In this document: in pieces, positions 33,917 to 47,725 of the stretch
Numbering within the stretch: position 1 is the stretch's first letter
Layout of the letters: each line of letters begins with the position of its first letter
Assembly: GCA_907165135.1 (NCBI GenBank)
Contig: OU015568.1
Span: 6,448,001 to 6,512,000, forward strand
Reading direction: 5' to 3'
Origin: Oikopleura dioica
Taxonomy: Eukaryota; Animalia; Chordata
DNA: 64,000 nucleotides
Position numbers and translations under genes: made by a program
Notes under the pieces: model-generated
Database searches by the model: none
Told to the model about the DNA's origin: nothing
The model's input: the letters and a program-made list of their open reading frames with translations, nothing else

Positions 33917-35141
33917 ATGAAAAACCTCGAAGTTTTTTCGACTCTTTTGGCCTCGGCCGCTGCCCGAACTCATATAAAAAAGAGCATCATTGATAATCGA
34001 ATAAAATTCGACAGAGATGTGCTCTTTCACGGCGATGCCGAATTTTGGGAAGACTACGATGATTGGGATCCGTACACGGATCTTGATGAAGACGAAATTC
34101 ATGATATCATGAGACGAATTGCAGCGCACATGGACGCCAATAAGGACGGATACATCGATCAAGGGAGGGTTGAACTTTTTTTTATTGATATTTTCTTCTC
34201 TTTGAATTATGAAGCATACTTATGTTTAACTCGTAAAACAGAGGAGCTCACGATTTGGACTCTCTTCTCCATGCACAACATCAACGCCAAGTGGGCCCAT
34301 GAAGAGTGGGACGACATCGACAAGCATGGAAACAACATGGGCATGTCCTGGCAAGATGTCTGCAACGAAGAGTACGGCTTCCAGTTTGAACAGTCCGTCG
34401 ACCAATACGGACCTCGAGAAGTCGACGAGTTCGACCCCGACAACGAGGAGTACTACGAGTTCAACCGACGATACAATCGAAACCGAGCGAAATTCGAGGC
34501 CGCGGACCAGAACACCAACGGCTTCCTCAACCGAGACGAGTGGCTCCACTACAACAATCCCTTCAAAGTCCAGGAAGTCAAGGACAAAATGCTCGAAAAA
34601 GTCATGGAGAAGATCGACACGGATCGTGACGGAGCCATTTCTCTGCAAGAATACCTCAATGATTGGAAAATCAGAGTAAGTCGAATTGGAACATTGCCTT
34701 TTTGAACTTGCCTTGGGCGTATTTTACTGTAAATTAATCCTTTTTAAAGCCATCCGATGCTGATGACGACGCACTCGAATTCGATGTTGATGAATTTAAA
34801 GAAGACCTCGACCGAAACGGCGATGAGATTCTTGAGGGCGATGAGCTCATTTATTGGGTATTTTCAACTGCCACTTCGACTTTTATTTATTGAATTCTAC
34901 TAGCTTGATGCGGATCTCGCTGCTGATGCAAATGATGAAGCTCTTCATTTGATGGAAACCTGCGACGAAGATGGAGACGAGAGACTGACAGCTGAGGAGA
35001 TCGTCAACCACTACGTAAGATTCCATACGATTATACAGTAATTACGAGTATACCATTCAGGACTTCTTCATCGACCACGAAGTAATGGAGCACGGAGAAA
35101 CGCTGCGAGATTTCTACTACCACGACGAATTCCGAAAATAG
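33917..35141 (+). CDS. CREC-family ER calcium-binding protein (calumenin/reticulocalbin-like)
   Basis: Signal peptide; multiple EF-hands (DANKDGYIDQEE, DQNTNGFLNRDE, DTDRDGAISLQE, DRNGDEILEGDE, DEDGDERLTAEE); ends HDEFRK*. Confidence 0.88.
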
Positions 35142-35245
35142 ATCCGAATATTCCTGCCAAAATCGCCCAATCAATGTTATTTGCTAAAAACCTACTTTAC
35201 GCGCTTCCGCAGTTTTAATAAATTATTTTCAAGCTCAATTTCTTT

Positions 35246-37616
35246 TTATAAAAATTTAATCAAGATCAGGCAAATCATCGGGAAGTGGAGATTCCCGGGG
35301 AGTGTTGGAATCATGGAGGAGTTTGTCCACATGAGCGAGGAGTTTGTCAGTTTCGTTCTAAGAATAAAATATACGCGCACATCCAAAAGGTCAATCATGA
35401 CGTACGCTACTTCGAGAAAGCCGGAGTTTGCGTCTTTTCTCGGTTTCCATCTGCTTTCGCTCCTCTTCCTCTCGAGCCCGCTGGACATCCTCTTCGGTCA
35501 GACATGTACCATCCTTGAAGATCCAGGAGAAAAATTTATCATCGACCTTAAAAATTGACGTCAGCAGAGCAGGAGAAAATGGAAGATACCTGAATGTGTC
35601 CGAGCAAACACGTCGCCTGAATTTGCCGACACAATTTACATGGGTTCAAGAAGAACATCCTGCTCCGCGGCGGAGCCCTGGCACATTTCGGGCATTTTAC
35701 AGTCAGCCAGAAGATTCCCGTTTCCAACATGGTTTCCAATGAATCCAGTTTTCCAGCAGCCTTGTCGCGCAAAACTTGCTGTCGGTATTCGTGGAGATGC
35801 GGCTCTACCGGCAAAAGTAAACGAGGATGAAGTCAAAAAATAAATCGGCGAAGCATAATCTTACCGGCATCTTTGTCAAATGGCTGCAACACGTGTTTCG
35901 CCTTCTTTTCTTTCAGCATGGAAACTCTTCTTTCCTTTTCCTCCTCGCTCATGTCGTACGCCTCGGGCGAGCGCTTCTCCTCGTTGCCCCAGCATTCGTA
36001 ACGCCAGCCTACCATCGGCACATCCTTTTTCATCATTCTAATTGCATTGTCGAACATTTTTCGATTCTCAAGGCAGCGCGATTTCAGCCAGTTGAAGCTA
36101 CTATCCATTACTTTTTTGATCAATGTCTGTTCGAGCATCTCCGAACCTGCATATTTTTTGTTTTGCTCGATAACCTAAAGATCTATGGATTCATTAACCC
36201 GTTGAGTACTGCATTAGACCTTTTCCCACCAAGACATATTTTCAAACTGCATGATATAGTGCTCGGCTGCATCCCATTGTCCCCGTTCCAAATTAATGAA
36301 GCAATGATGCGCGTGGACGAATGAAAGAGTTTGGACGATGTAGTGGAGTCCGTAGTTGATTTGGTCCAAGGTAGACATTGACTCCATGAACTTAGGGCGC
36401 AGTTTTATCGAAAGCATCGAGTGTCTAAAAAAACAAGGTAGGGTCAAACAGTTCAATTTTTTTTCAACTTTCCAAATGTCAAAATTGACAATGCCAATTT
36501 CCAATGATTTTGGAATAGTCAATTGACATGAAAAATGATCGATATTTTAATAAAAAAATCGTCTTTAGTGACAAGTTTTCGATATTTCAGAAATGCAAGT
36601 CTACGATTTGTCGATATTTATCGCCCAAAAATTATGGGGACCTGGAAGATGGAATGTAAATAAAGGGAAAAGTGAGTCAGAAACTAGCTACTGTTGCTGG
36701 AACACGCAGCAGATTTAAATTTAGGCGGAGCAGATCGGCGGCCGATCTGGTCGTCTTTGCCTCCTAAGAATTTTGTCAAGAAACTGACCTGGAGATAATC
36801 GAAAGCGTTTTTTCTTCGTCCTCAAGTACGTTCCAAATATCAGCAATGGCATCATCCGTTTTTGTCAGCAACAAGTCCACATTCCCGCTAAACTTCACCT
36901 TGACATAATCAACAAATGCCTGAGCATGGTCGTTCCAAATGTATTCTGCGTATTTTGGCGCGTGGAAATTTGGCGTGTCATCCTCTTTTTCGGAATAACC
37001 GATTTTGTTCATCTCTTCTTAGAAAAAAAAAATTATGTTCCGGGCCTAAAAGTGTCTTTGGGAGTGTCACGGGCATTTCTCGGGTGAAAAAAAGGGATGA
37101 AAGAAATTTGGCTCGAACAGCTGTCTCCTTGCAGGACCTCGCGCTCTTTCACACGCCTCGGGCCCAATCAACGAGAAATGATTTCAAAAAATTCTTTTTT
37201 TTTCGATGAAATGAATCGATAAATTCATCATCTTCTTAACTAGACATCATTATGTATCTAACTTGTCCAGTTTCAGAAGTATCGAACAACAATAGTTAAA
37301 TTTATTATGTGAAACTGTACAGAGAATCGAATAAATTAAAATAATTGTTATCTTGCTGTCCACCTGCAGATCTTTCTACTTCATTCGTGAAGAAATTTTG
37401 GCTCGGAAGGGGGAGCATAAAACTCGCTCTATCAACCGGTTGTTCCATGAAAGGCACGGCTTTTGAAAATACGGAGCAGACGAGAAAAAGTACTGAATAT
37501 TTTATTGGTAAAAAATTAAGGGTGTCTTTCTCTTATGAAAAAAATTTTTCAAACAAAAAGTCAGCCGTTATCTCTTAAAAATGAATGAATAAAAACTTAC
37601 ATCTTGCTAGTAACAT
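35246..37616 (-). CDS. Secreted hypothetical protein, multi-exon
   Basis: Spliced signal peptide MLLAR|LLFLVCSVFSKA; open exons at 37012-36776, 36420-36214, 36138-35870, 35836-35560, 35520-35246; no family recognised. Confidence 0.55.
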
Positions 37617-38209
37617 CGTTTCGATTTTGCCTGAAAAGGAAGAAAAGCTCCAGCTTTTATAGCCAGAGTTTCGATCGCTCGAGCTTATCAATGAAAAACG
37701 GGCGCAATTTACCATTTCGAAGGGCGCCTTTGGTGAATAATTGACGAGAACGTGAATGTTAATTCGAAGTAATCTTATTCCTTTTCTGGATGCTCAGCTG
37801 ATTTTTTCTCGATTCTGACGGTGCATAATTTATGTCTCTTTTCTGATTTCAGATGTACTAACTAAGTACCTTTTTATTTTTCTTGGAAACAGCAGTTTCC
37901 AAAGTTTGATAGATGGAAGTTATTTCGATAAATCATTAATCAAACTTAGTCAGCCACGAACTCTTCTTACTGTAGTCCGTCGTACTGTAGGTTCGGAGAA
38001 GCCTCGATAAAAGACGTAAGTACCGAAAGACGTAGAAGCTACATTTTTAAACAAGTTCGAGCTTGAATCAGGTGTATCTTCAGACTTAAGTAAGGCTTCT
38101 TAACCTGACATTATGTCCTGTTAATAATTTGTGATACAGTCTGACTTTTGTCGTTGAAAGTCAGTCTTGCCGAAATCAATTATCAGCCAATTTCGGGTCA
38201 TTAGGTCTG

Positions 38210-38456
38210 TCGCTCAGCTCAGCTCAGCTCAATTATTTTCGAACAGGATCAGTTCTGCCCAGCTCAGCTCTGACAATTATCACTTAGCTCAGCTCAGTGA
38301 TTTTAATACAATTTTACTAATAAAAACACAGTAAAAAACCAGCTCAGCTCAGCCAGCTCAGCTCAGCTCTATTTTTGCTCAGCTCAGCTCAGAGAAATTT
38401 CGACTCAAGTCAGCTCAGCTCAGCTCAGCAAAAATAAAGCAAAATTCGAAACTCTG
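38210..38456. repeat. (CTCAG)n-containing partial copy of the 26226 MITE family, opposite orientation
   Basis: Reverse complement aatcagagtttcgaattttgctttatttttgctgagctgagc matches 26223-26265. Confidence 0.7.
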
Positions 38457-38737
38457 ATTACAGTAGTCTTTTCTGTTTCTTGACTAATTTTCTTCTTATC
38501 CATCAAAAGGTAATGCAAGAATTCTCCGTCAAAATATAAGAAAAAAGTTTAATCTCCAGGCAAAAACAATTACGATCAGTCTGATTAGTCAATTTATCCT
38601 GAGCGTAAATATTTTCCTTCCGAGGGTGATACCAGCGCATCCTTGTCCGGCATCGCTGGGGCGGGAACTTACGCGCGCGGAGCGAAAGACGACCGCGCGG
38701 TAACTCCGAACAGAGAAATTGAGAGAGGATATTTCCG

Positions 38738-41700
38738 ATGGATTGGCAAGGGCGAAAGCTTATGAGTGCTCCTGGGCCGACGCCTTATCGGCAGCCAATG
38801 ATGGCGAATCATCAACGAATGCCACAGCAAGTTCCGCAACAAAGCTTCGGAAACGACCTTGGTTTGAGAATAAACGACCTTGACCAGCGAGTAATCCTCA
38901 CTGAACACGCTAATCGCGCTGCTCTAGACGAGGTTTACGCGCTCAGGGACAGCATAAGAAAAGAAATTTCCGGCTCAGGAGATTTGTCAAAGCAAGTCAG
39001 GACGAATGTAGATTGCATTGCGGGAATCAATGTTCGCATGCGAGGAGTAGAAGAAAGGACAGATGACCTGATAAGAAGAGCTGATGAGTTTCAAGGTAAA
39101 GAAAAAACTTTTGTCTGGGCGATTGCGAATAATATTTTCTTTGACGAGTTTTCGAATAATCACATTGACATGAACTTATGAATAAATTAAGGCTCAATAA
39201 ATCGTCTTGAAGGGCAATTTCTTCGTAATGAAGGAACCGATGCAAAAAAGTCAGTCGCTCAGTTTTGCTTGTCAATAATACTGTAGTAGTCGATGGAATA
39301 TTTCTTAGAAAGAATGTCGATCAAGCATTCGAAGACATTATTTTTGTCTAGAAATTAATAGTAGATGTCAATAAGACTTTTTTCTGACGATATAGAATTC
39401 GCACTTTTTGCATCGATGAAAAAGGCGATAAAAGACTTGGCAATGATGCAGCCTTGCGAGAAGCCACTCAGGCCAGACAGCGAGTGGATGAACTCAGCAG
39501 AATTTTGGACCATCAGACGAGGATTACTGATGCTTTGAGCCACGAGATGAGCTCGATGAGAGGCAGAATCGACTTGTCGGATCTGCGTCAGCGGGATAAT
39601 TCCAGCTCAGCGGCTTCGTTTCATAATGAAAAGGTCGAGTTGAAGAACACCTTCCAAGAGTCAAGCCAAGAGTCTCGAGGCCTAATGGACTTGAAATTCA
39701 AAGAAATTCACAATCGAATATACACCATCGAGCAAGAAAATGCCGAAAAAACTGCAAAGATATCAGGCGTGTTCTTTAATTAAAAATGATCTTACAGAGT
39801 AGATCAGGTGATCTCCTTTGAAAACAGTCTAAGACTACGAAGGCATGAATAATTAAGAATTCTTAAAAGCATTGGAAGCAGAAAACAACCAGATCAGGAA
39901 TGAACTCCGAAATATGAAGCCAACGAGGGAAATCTCCATCACACAGCCGGGGTTCCAATTTTCGAGCGAGCGGCTGAGCGCTGGAGCGTCAAAATTCTTG
40001 AGCGGAGCGAGCGGTTGAGCGGCTAGTCAAAGTAGAGCCGTGAGCTGAGCGAGTTGACTTTGAGCGCTCAACCGCTCAAAGATCTCAAGTTGAGCGGAGC
40101 GAGCGGTTGAGCGGCTAGTCAAAAAAAGAGCCGTGAGCTGAGCGAGCGGACTTTGAGCGCTCAACCGCTCAATAATCTCAAGTTGAGCGAGCGAGCGGCT
40201 TAGCGGTCTTGAAAAAAGACAGTTGCGCTGAGCGAGCTGAGCGGCTGCTCATCGCTCGCTCACCGCTCAACAAAAATTGGAACCCTGGACTTAGCCATCT
40301 GAAGGTTCCAAGCGATCTTTGGAGAATCGTTTCGAGCAGCTGGTCAAAGAAGTCGACCAATGCTTTGGCGAACTTGGCCGACAATTGCAACGAGAAAGCT
40401 CGGCTAGGCAAGAACTTGCGACAAGGATGAAAAGCTCAGTTATCAGTGGCGAGTCCCCGGAGATCGAGGAGAAACTGTCGAAGATAGAACATTCAATTAA
40501 AGAGCATCAGAAGGTTCTCTATTCGCCCGGATTTAGGAAACGCATTTTAAATCGTTCTCTTTCGCAAATATTATTTTTTAGAAAAATTAAACGGTATTTT
40601 TAAAGCGTTCAAATCAGGGCCGGAAACTTCGCGAAAGTATCTGGCGACTTGGATTTATCAAAACTCTTTGAAGAGTTGGATAAACTGAATGGAAAATGGA
40701 ACACTCTAAATGGACGACTTGATGATTTTGGAACCAAACTGAGGAAAATAGACCAAATCGAAGAAAAATTCAATTCAGATGTTAAAATGATCAGGGCAAG
40801 AACTGTAACATTGGCGGAGGACATCGAAAACATTGTGGCAAACCAAGATGCCATTCAACCAAATGCACCACAAGAAAGCCACAAACAGGAGGACCACTCG
40901 GAACCGGTGGTCGAAGAAAGGCCAAGACAATTACGCTCAAAATCGATGATTCTTGAACAGCAAATGCTCGCAGAATCCCTCGGAGAATTGAAAGACAACG
41001 TCCACGTGATCGAAAACCAACTGGAAGAAAAACAAACGGATTTGAACATTTTCAAGGACCAGCAAAATCGACTCAAGGAAAATTTACAAGAAAAGATTCG
41101 AAGTTTGGAGGAAAAATTGACCGAAAGAATTGAAAATATTCTCTCGCAGCCGCCAAAAATGTCGAGAACTGTGAGCTTGGGACCCGACACGGGAGACATC
41201 AAGAAGATAAAAACGGATATTGGAGCTTTGGAGGAGAAACTGGAGCATTTTAAGAACTCGATGAAGCCGCTCGTTAACGAATTCCGAACAGGAAATCTGA
41301 TGAGCCCAGCAATGACCGCACTTCATGACCAATTAATTCAAGTCAAGGGCGAGACCGACAATTTGCGCAAAATGTCAGACAGCAATCGACAAAAAGCAGA
41401 TGCTCAATCGCATGAAGTCAAAATTCGTTTGAGGACGCTTCAAGATGAACTTGAACGAACTCAGAGCAGAATTGACGCAAGAAACTCGATCGAGGATGGA
41501 GATGACATCGATGTAATCATCACTGTTGATGGAAAAAAATCCAGCACAGAATCGACTCGTCAAAAGATGATTAACCAAAAGCTTGAGAGTCTCTCGGACT
41601 TGGAAAAGAAGCAAGAACGATTCGAAATTCTAGTGCTGAAAAAGCTCGACGAGCTGCAACGATCTGGCAAGCCTACTACCGGATCTCTACCGATTCAGCA

Positions 41701-44700
41701 GCGAGAGGAGAAGATCAAACAGCGAGAATACAAGGGAGAAATTGAAGAAATGTCGAACGAGCTTTCGAAAATTTGGAAAATTCTCGGCGACTTTAGAATC
41801 GAGCTCAAACGAAAAGAGCTGATCCACGAGGATCCATCAAATATTGGTGCTCTTGCTTCCGCGATAAATGAACAAATGAAGAGTGGGAAGAAGGGAATGG
41901 GTGGAATGAAACGAACGCAATCTACCGACTTCGACTTTACCGTCGACTTGAGCCAAAGAATCGAAATTGTGGAAAAGCAAATTCAAAAACTCGGCACTGG
42001 TAAAATCTGGAAAGCGGTTGAGGCGATGGAGGATGATCAAAATGACATCGATAAGCGACTGGCTCTGGTAGAAAGAAAACTCATCGAGGTAGAAGACCAG
42101 TCCGACGTGAGGAGCACTTTTTCCGCGAGCTCAAAAAAGTCTGAAAAGCGAACCAAAAAGCTCAAGGAGGAAGTCGAATCATTAAAGCACAAAACCATCA
42201 TCCTCGAAAACATGCTCACAGACCTCAAACACGCGAATGAAAACCTCGAAGACTCGATCAAAAAGGCAAAATCAGCAGCAACGAAGAACGAACTCAAGCG
42301 TCTCGCGACCGAGGTGAATGAGATCAAAACAAAAGTGATGGAACCGCTGACGGTGAAGTGCTCTAAGATGCTTGTGGAAATGGCGAGAAAAGACGACCTC
42401 AAATCGATCAAGAGCCAAATTAAAACGATGGCGGAAAGCGTCGAGAAAATATCTGAAAGAGAATCGGTCAATATTGACGGTCAACTAGCAAAGATTGATT
42501 CTTCGATCCGAAAAGAACTGGCTAAGTGCTTGACTCAATCAGATCTTGAGGAAGTAATTGATATAGCTACTTCTGCCCGAAAGTCTTCTGCAAATGTTCG
42601 CCAAGAACTCAACAACTTCACGAAACGAACCAAAACGCGTTTTGAAGATTTCACCCAAAAGATCGACGAAATTCAAGTAAAGACAAATGAAGAACTTGGA
42701 AACTTTTTCAAGAAAAACACCAATCTCGGTTTGATCAAATCAATCGACGAAGTGCGCCAATACTCAAGCGATCTTGCGGAAAAAATTGAAATCATAGAAG
42801 AGGCACTCGACGAATTGACGAGCAAGAACGATGGGGATCTCCCTAACATTTCAAGGACCAGTTCCAAGCTTTCTCGCCTCTCGCATTCTGACTCGAGGAC
42901 GGCTTTGAACGATGTCGCACCGTTTTTGGAAGATTTGGAAGGGCTGAAATCTCAATTTGCGGATCTAAAAGACAGCATTTCAAAAACATATGTCTCCAAC
43001 GTTTCTTTCTCCGAGAAAGTGAGGAACTTTGACGAAGCCATTGCGACTGTAGATGAGCTCAAACAGATACGAGATATCTTCGAGGCGCAATCCGCTTCAG
43101 TTCGATCAAACAAAGATAGCGTCAGCAAAGCGTTGAAGGATGTTGAAAATTTGACAAAAACCGTTCAAGTCTTGAACGATTTTGAAAAAGTCTTCGAAAA
43201 GGGGGTCGAAGAAAAGTTCAGTCGGGTGTTTGATCGACTCTGTACGATCGAAGACACTACTGTGAAAAAATCCGTTCACGATGATGTCCAAGAAATGATG
43301 GACATTCAAAGAACCGTTTCCCAGACGAGTCAGATTAACGAAGATTCGGTGAGGTTGATGATCAAGGATTACGTCGACTTGGAGATTGAAAACATACGAA
43401 ACAGTCTCAAAGAAGTCAAAGAAGAGGTCAAATCGCAGCATAATTTCCGCTCATCAAAGCAGGAAGAAGGAGAGTCGTTTGATATCAATCATGATCTGAT
43501 AGAAGCGATCGAAGGAGGAATGAGAGAGTACATCAATGGCAAACTGGATCTTTATGTCACCGTAGCGGAGCTAGAAACTGCTGTTGACGCGAGAATCGAG
43601 CGCGGTGGTCCTCCATCTGTCTTGACTCACAATTACGAAAGCAGTGATCAGACCGGCGCCCCGTCTAGAGATCAAATCGTTAACGCTGTCGAGGAGTGCG
43701 TCAACAAGCAAACCGACCAGCTTGTTTCACTCTTTGTTACGAAAGACAAGCTGCTCGATTTGCAAAGAAAATTAGATGAGTTAGATCTTCAAAGAAAGAG
43801 AGAAACGGTATCTGAGAGTTCAACGAGTTTGCGCTCTCCAAGCACTGCGTCAACAATCACCTCTTATGAGATTAGCGAAAAGTTGGACAGCAACATCAGG
43901 GATCACATCAAATCCCAAATGAAGCATTACATAACCACGTCGGATATGCATGGGCTTATTCATGAGGTTCAACGACTTACAGAATCGCACAAGATGTTGA
44001 CCGACTTCAAATACGACATCCAACGACAATTGAAACTAGACGAAAAGAAAATATCCCAACTGGAAAATGCTCTTCTCGACAAATCGGAACAGCGTCTTTT
44101 ATCTTCTTCAGCAACAGCTCTAGATCCGAGCATCTCGCTGAAAATTTCCAAGCTTTCGGAAAAAATTGACGACATAGAAGACTCACTCAAGAACCAAGCC
44201 CTCCTAAAGCCGAGAGATGACACTCTTTCGGATGATTTCCAAGACTTGAAATTGGAATTCTTGCGGCTGAAAAAACACGATATTTTTGAAAAGATCAATT
44301 CTTTCGTAACCATTAATGATATCCGTGGACTTGTGGTTGAGCTGTCAACGATTTCGAAAGATTTTAATGAGATGAAAGAGAGTATGAAAACATCCGAAAA
44401 TGCGACGGGGTCTGTCAATGTTCTCGATGACACGGATATTTTAGGAAAGGATGAACTGGATACTTCTCTTTATTGAAAACTTAATTATTCTTTATCTCGT
44501 GAAAAGACGACGTGGAAAACATGATCAACAGCAAGATCGAAGAAATCTGGCCTATCGTTGATGAGATCGTGGTCAAATCTATTCTCGAGTACAAGGAAAG
44601 GTTCTTTACTTCTTATCATTTTCCCATGATCATGAATTACGAACTAAAATAAGCCCTTTGAGAAATATTCTGACGACAGTATGCGAATCGTTGCTCACGA

Positions 44701-46425
44701 AGAAGTTCAAAAATTCGAGCCAGTGTTGGAGTCGATTGTTGAATCTATTGAGAGTTCTCGTCTTCAATCGCCTGTTCCTGACGAAGCTCCTCAGCGATTA
44801 AATTTATCAGATGAAGATCTTCTTGAGCTCACATCAAAAACGATCGTGTCGCAGGCACTTTTCAACGGGCAGCAACAAATCCGCCGCGAAGATTTCGAAG
44901 AAAACATGAACGCAGAACTGGCCCAAGTTCAGAGCGAACTTGCGCTCATCCGTCATCAGCTGGGCCAAGGTCAACCTGATGTGGTACCGCGGCCGGATAA
45001 CGAGGCCTTGAAAGGGCTATCAGATCGCCTCCAATCCGTCGAAACACGTATGACGGCCCTCGATGCGCTGTCTCAACGTGTTCACGATTTGGAATCAGAG
45101 CCGGTTCTCTCGGACCGTCACGGTTTCATCCAGAATCAAACGAACCCGTTTTCCGACTCGCCCGAGTCCGTTCAGAATCAAGCTCCGGGGTTGGGGGCTA
45201 ACGATACGATGGAAAGGAAAATAATCGCTTTGGAAAGACGTCTTGATGATGTTAAAATGCCAAATATAGAACAATGCCTCACGGAATTGAAGTCATATTT
45301 CGAATCAGAGCTCCAGAAAGTGGAAACAACAACGACCTCCCTTATTACTGAATTCCGCGCTTTTTCTCCACCAATTTCACCAGAACAGTCTGACAAGTCG
45401 CTGAATAACCAACTCCCTCAAGAGCAGCAGCAGCAGCCGCAAGATGCTCATAGAATAAAAGGAATCATCGATGAGTTCGAGCTCAATCAGTTCGAGTTCC
45501 AAAACTCGATTATCAAGAAGATCGCCGACGTGTCTGACGACTTGAATCAGAAGATAGACAAGGTGAAAGCACTCACGGAGCTTTCCAAATCATTGACCGA
45601 GGCGGAGAATAAGAACTTTACTCCGGAGCAATTCAGCGTCCGCAACATGGTCTACCAGACTGAAAGATCGCTCAAGGGCGAAATCAGCCAAAAAGTAAGC
45701 GTCCTCGGAAAGACCGTGCAATCGGACAACTTCGCGATCCGAGAATTGATCAGAGAAGAGCGCAAAAAGCATGTTCGCGACATGAACGACCTTGAAAAAC
45801 GACAGGCAGAAGTCAAAAAGGAATTCTTGGAGCTCATGTCGAAAGTCAACAAGGACAAGAGTAGCACAGTAAAAGCTACTGAAAAGTGCGAGAAGAAGAT
45901 CAAGGGATTCTCGTCGGAACTGAAGCAGACTATCAAAGCAACAAGGGCGAGTCTTGATGAAGTTGTTGAAGCCTTCCGGGATGAGCTTGGGCAAAATAAG
46001 ATCGAGCTCAAGAATTCCCTAAAAGGAAAAAGGTCTTATTCTCTTTAGGCGACTTTTTGTGGAAAAACAAAAAAAAACGGCTCTGAGAGATTATAGAACT
46101 AAGTTTGATCTACTCAAAGACCCTTTATGGTAAGCTCTAGTATTTACAGGCTCGGAGTTATTCAGGGCCAAAGTTGGGGAAATCGAAGGTAGTACCCTTA
46201 AGACCTTTTGAAAGATACGATCGAGCAAAGTCTTCAAGGAAAAATCGCCATAGACAGATTATTTGCTCGGCAATGCAAAGTTGAGACCAATTTTGACCGA
46301 TTCTCAAGAGAAGTGAAAGGTAAAAATTGAAAATGAGAATCGTGGTATATATTTACTTGGTTTAACTTTAATTCCTTTTAGCGACGATCAAGTTTTTCAC
46401 GGATCAACTCGAAGAATCCGAATAA
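38738..46425 (+). CDS. Very large coiled-coil protein (over 2000 aa); N-terminus weakly FAM81/CCDC154-like
   Basis: Long heptad-rich exons (40610-44448, 44660-46030) plus small flanking exons with GT-AG boundaries. The family resemblance is from memory only. Confidence 0.75.
39948..40287. mobile_element. 340-bp CAGGG-type MITE (GAGCG-rich, internal tandem duplication) separating two exons of the coiled-coil gene
   Basis: c(g)gggttccaatttt / aaaattggaaccctg TIR; degenerate 8-bp TSD cacacagc / gacttagc. Confidence 0.75.
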
Positions 46426-46702
46426 AAAACGCCTCTTTTACCAACATTCTGCTAATAAACAAAAATCTACCTTCTTGAAAAAATCAGTTAATTGGATAAT
46501 TAACGGATTCTATTCGCATTCCACATGAGAGCAATTTGGTTTATGTTGCCAATTGGAAAGTAAATCTCACGTAGAGAGTATTCCGAGGCTCTCAATTTTC
46601 TCAATGACGTTTTCTGCCGGTAAAGGGCGGCTTGGTGAGTTCATTTGTGTTGTGATTTCTTCTCCCTGGACGTAGTTCTTGAATGATACTGTAGTTTCTT
46701 CC

Positions 46703-46949
46703 CTGGGGTCGGCAACAGGAGTGGAAGACCTAAGCCAGGGTAACCCTGCCAGGGTTCTGAAAGAGCTTTGATGAAAGCCGCGTAGCGGCTTTTTTAGGAA
46801 CGAAGCCGCAACGCGGCTTCGCCTAATAATTATTCGAGTCCATTTTGAACTTCTGGCGAAGCCCCTTTGCGGCTTCGTTTCTAAAGAAGCCGCTACGCGG
46901 CTTTCATCAAAGCTCTTTCAGAACCCTTGACTCAGGTTTCCGTCTCTGG
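46703..46949. mobile_element. MITE family A variant, intergenic
   Basis: ctggggtcggcaac..gggttctgaaagagctttgatgaaagccgcgtagcggc ... gccgctacgcggctttcatcaaagctctttcagaaccc. Confidence 0.75.
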
Positions 46950-47035
46950 TTAGGATTCTAGAACACTTTATTACATGAAAAATGTTGTTTTTCCAGGAAA
47001 TGATAGCGGGCAATAATTTACTAAAAAATTAGAAA

Positions 47036-47725
47036 ATGGATAAGTTCAAAAAAATCGCCGAAAAAGTCATTGACGACTCTGCTCCAACGAATCCACAGCT
47101 AGTTGATATCGTAAATATGACAAAGATGCTCAAGGTAAGAAAAGAAAGCGACAATTATTGGCGAATAATGATTTTAGGAGAAAGAACAGTTCATGAAAAA
47201 CCTTGCGAATGACCAAAGAAAAAACATTGAGCCAATTATTCGCGAACAGCTTTATAAAGATGCAGGTTTGTCTGCTTGGAAAATGAAAGTCGTAATTTGT
47301 TCATAGTGGATATTTTAAAAAGAGTCGACGACGAGTACGAAAAAATCTACGGCAAAGGACTCATTGGAGCGATTTTCAAGCAGATATGCAAGATCTTCGG
47401 GTTTGGAGATTCTGAGGCTTACCAGAGCTTCAAACTTGACGCCAAGTGAGTAGCTTATTTTAACGAAAAAATGACCGGTCTCCATCTTAGAACGAAACTC
47501 TTGGAGTACAGCTCAAAAATAGCCAACCAAGAAATTGAAAATACAGAATACCTCGGTCGCAAAACGACGACACTGATGAGGGGAAGAGAAGACACCGACG
47601 ATTACCTAACCATGGACGGCTTCACGGGCGAAAGTTTCGATTCAAGAGGACGGAAACGAAAGACTGCAAATTTCACTGAAAACTTGCTGTCAAGCCTCAA
47701 TCTTCTGAACAGAAAAAGCAAATAA
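47036..47725 (+). CDS. Small hypothetical protein (~175 aa, 4 exons)
   Basis: MDKFKKIAEK..MLK|EKEQF..KDA|VDILKRVDDEY..DA|KTKLLEYSSK..RKSK* with phase-consistent GT-AG introns. Confidence 0.6.
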
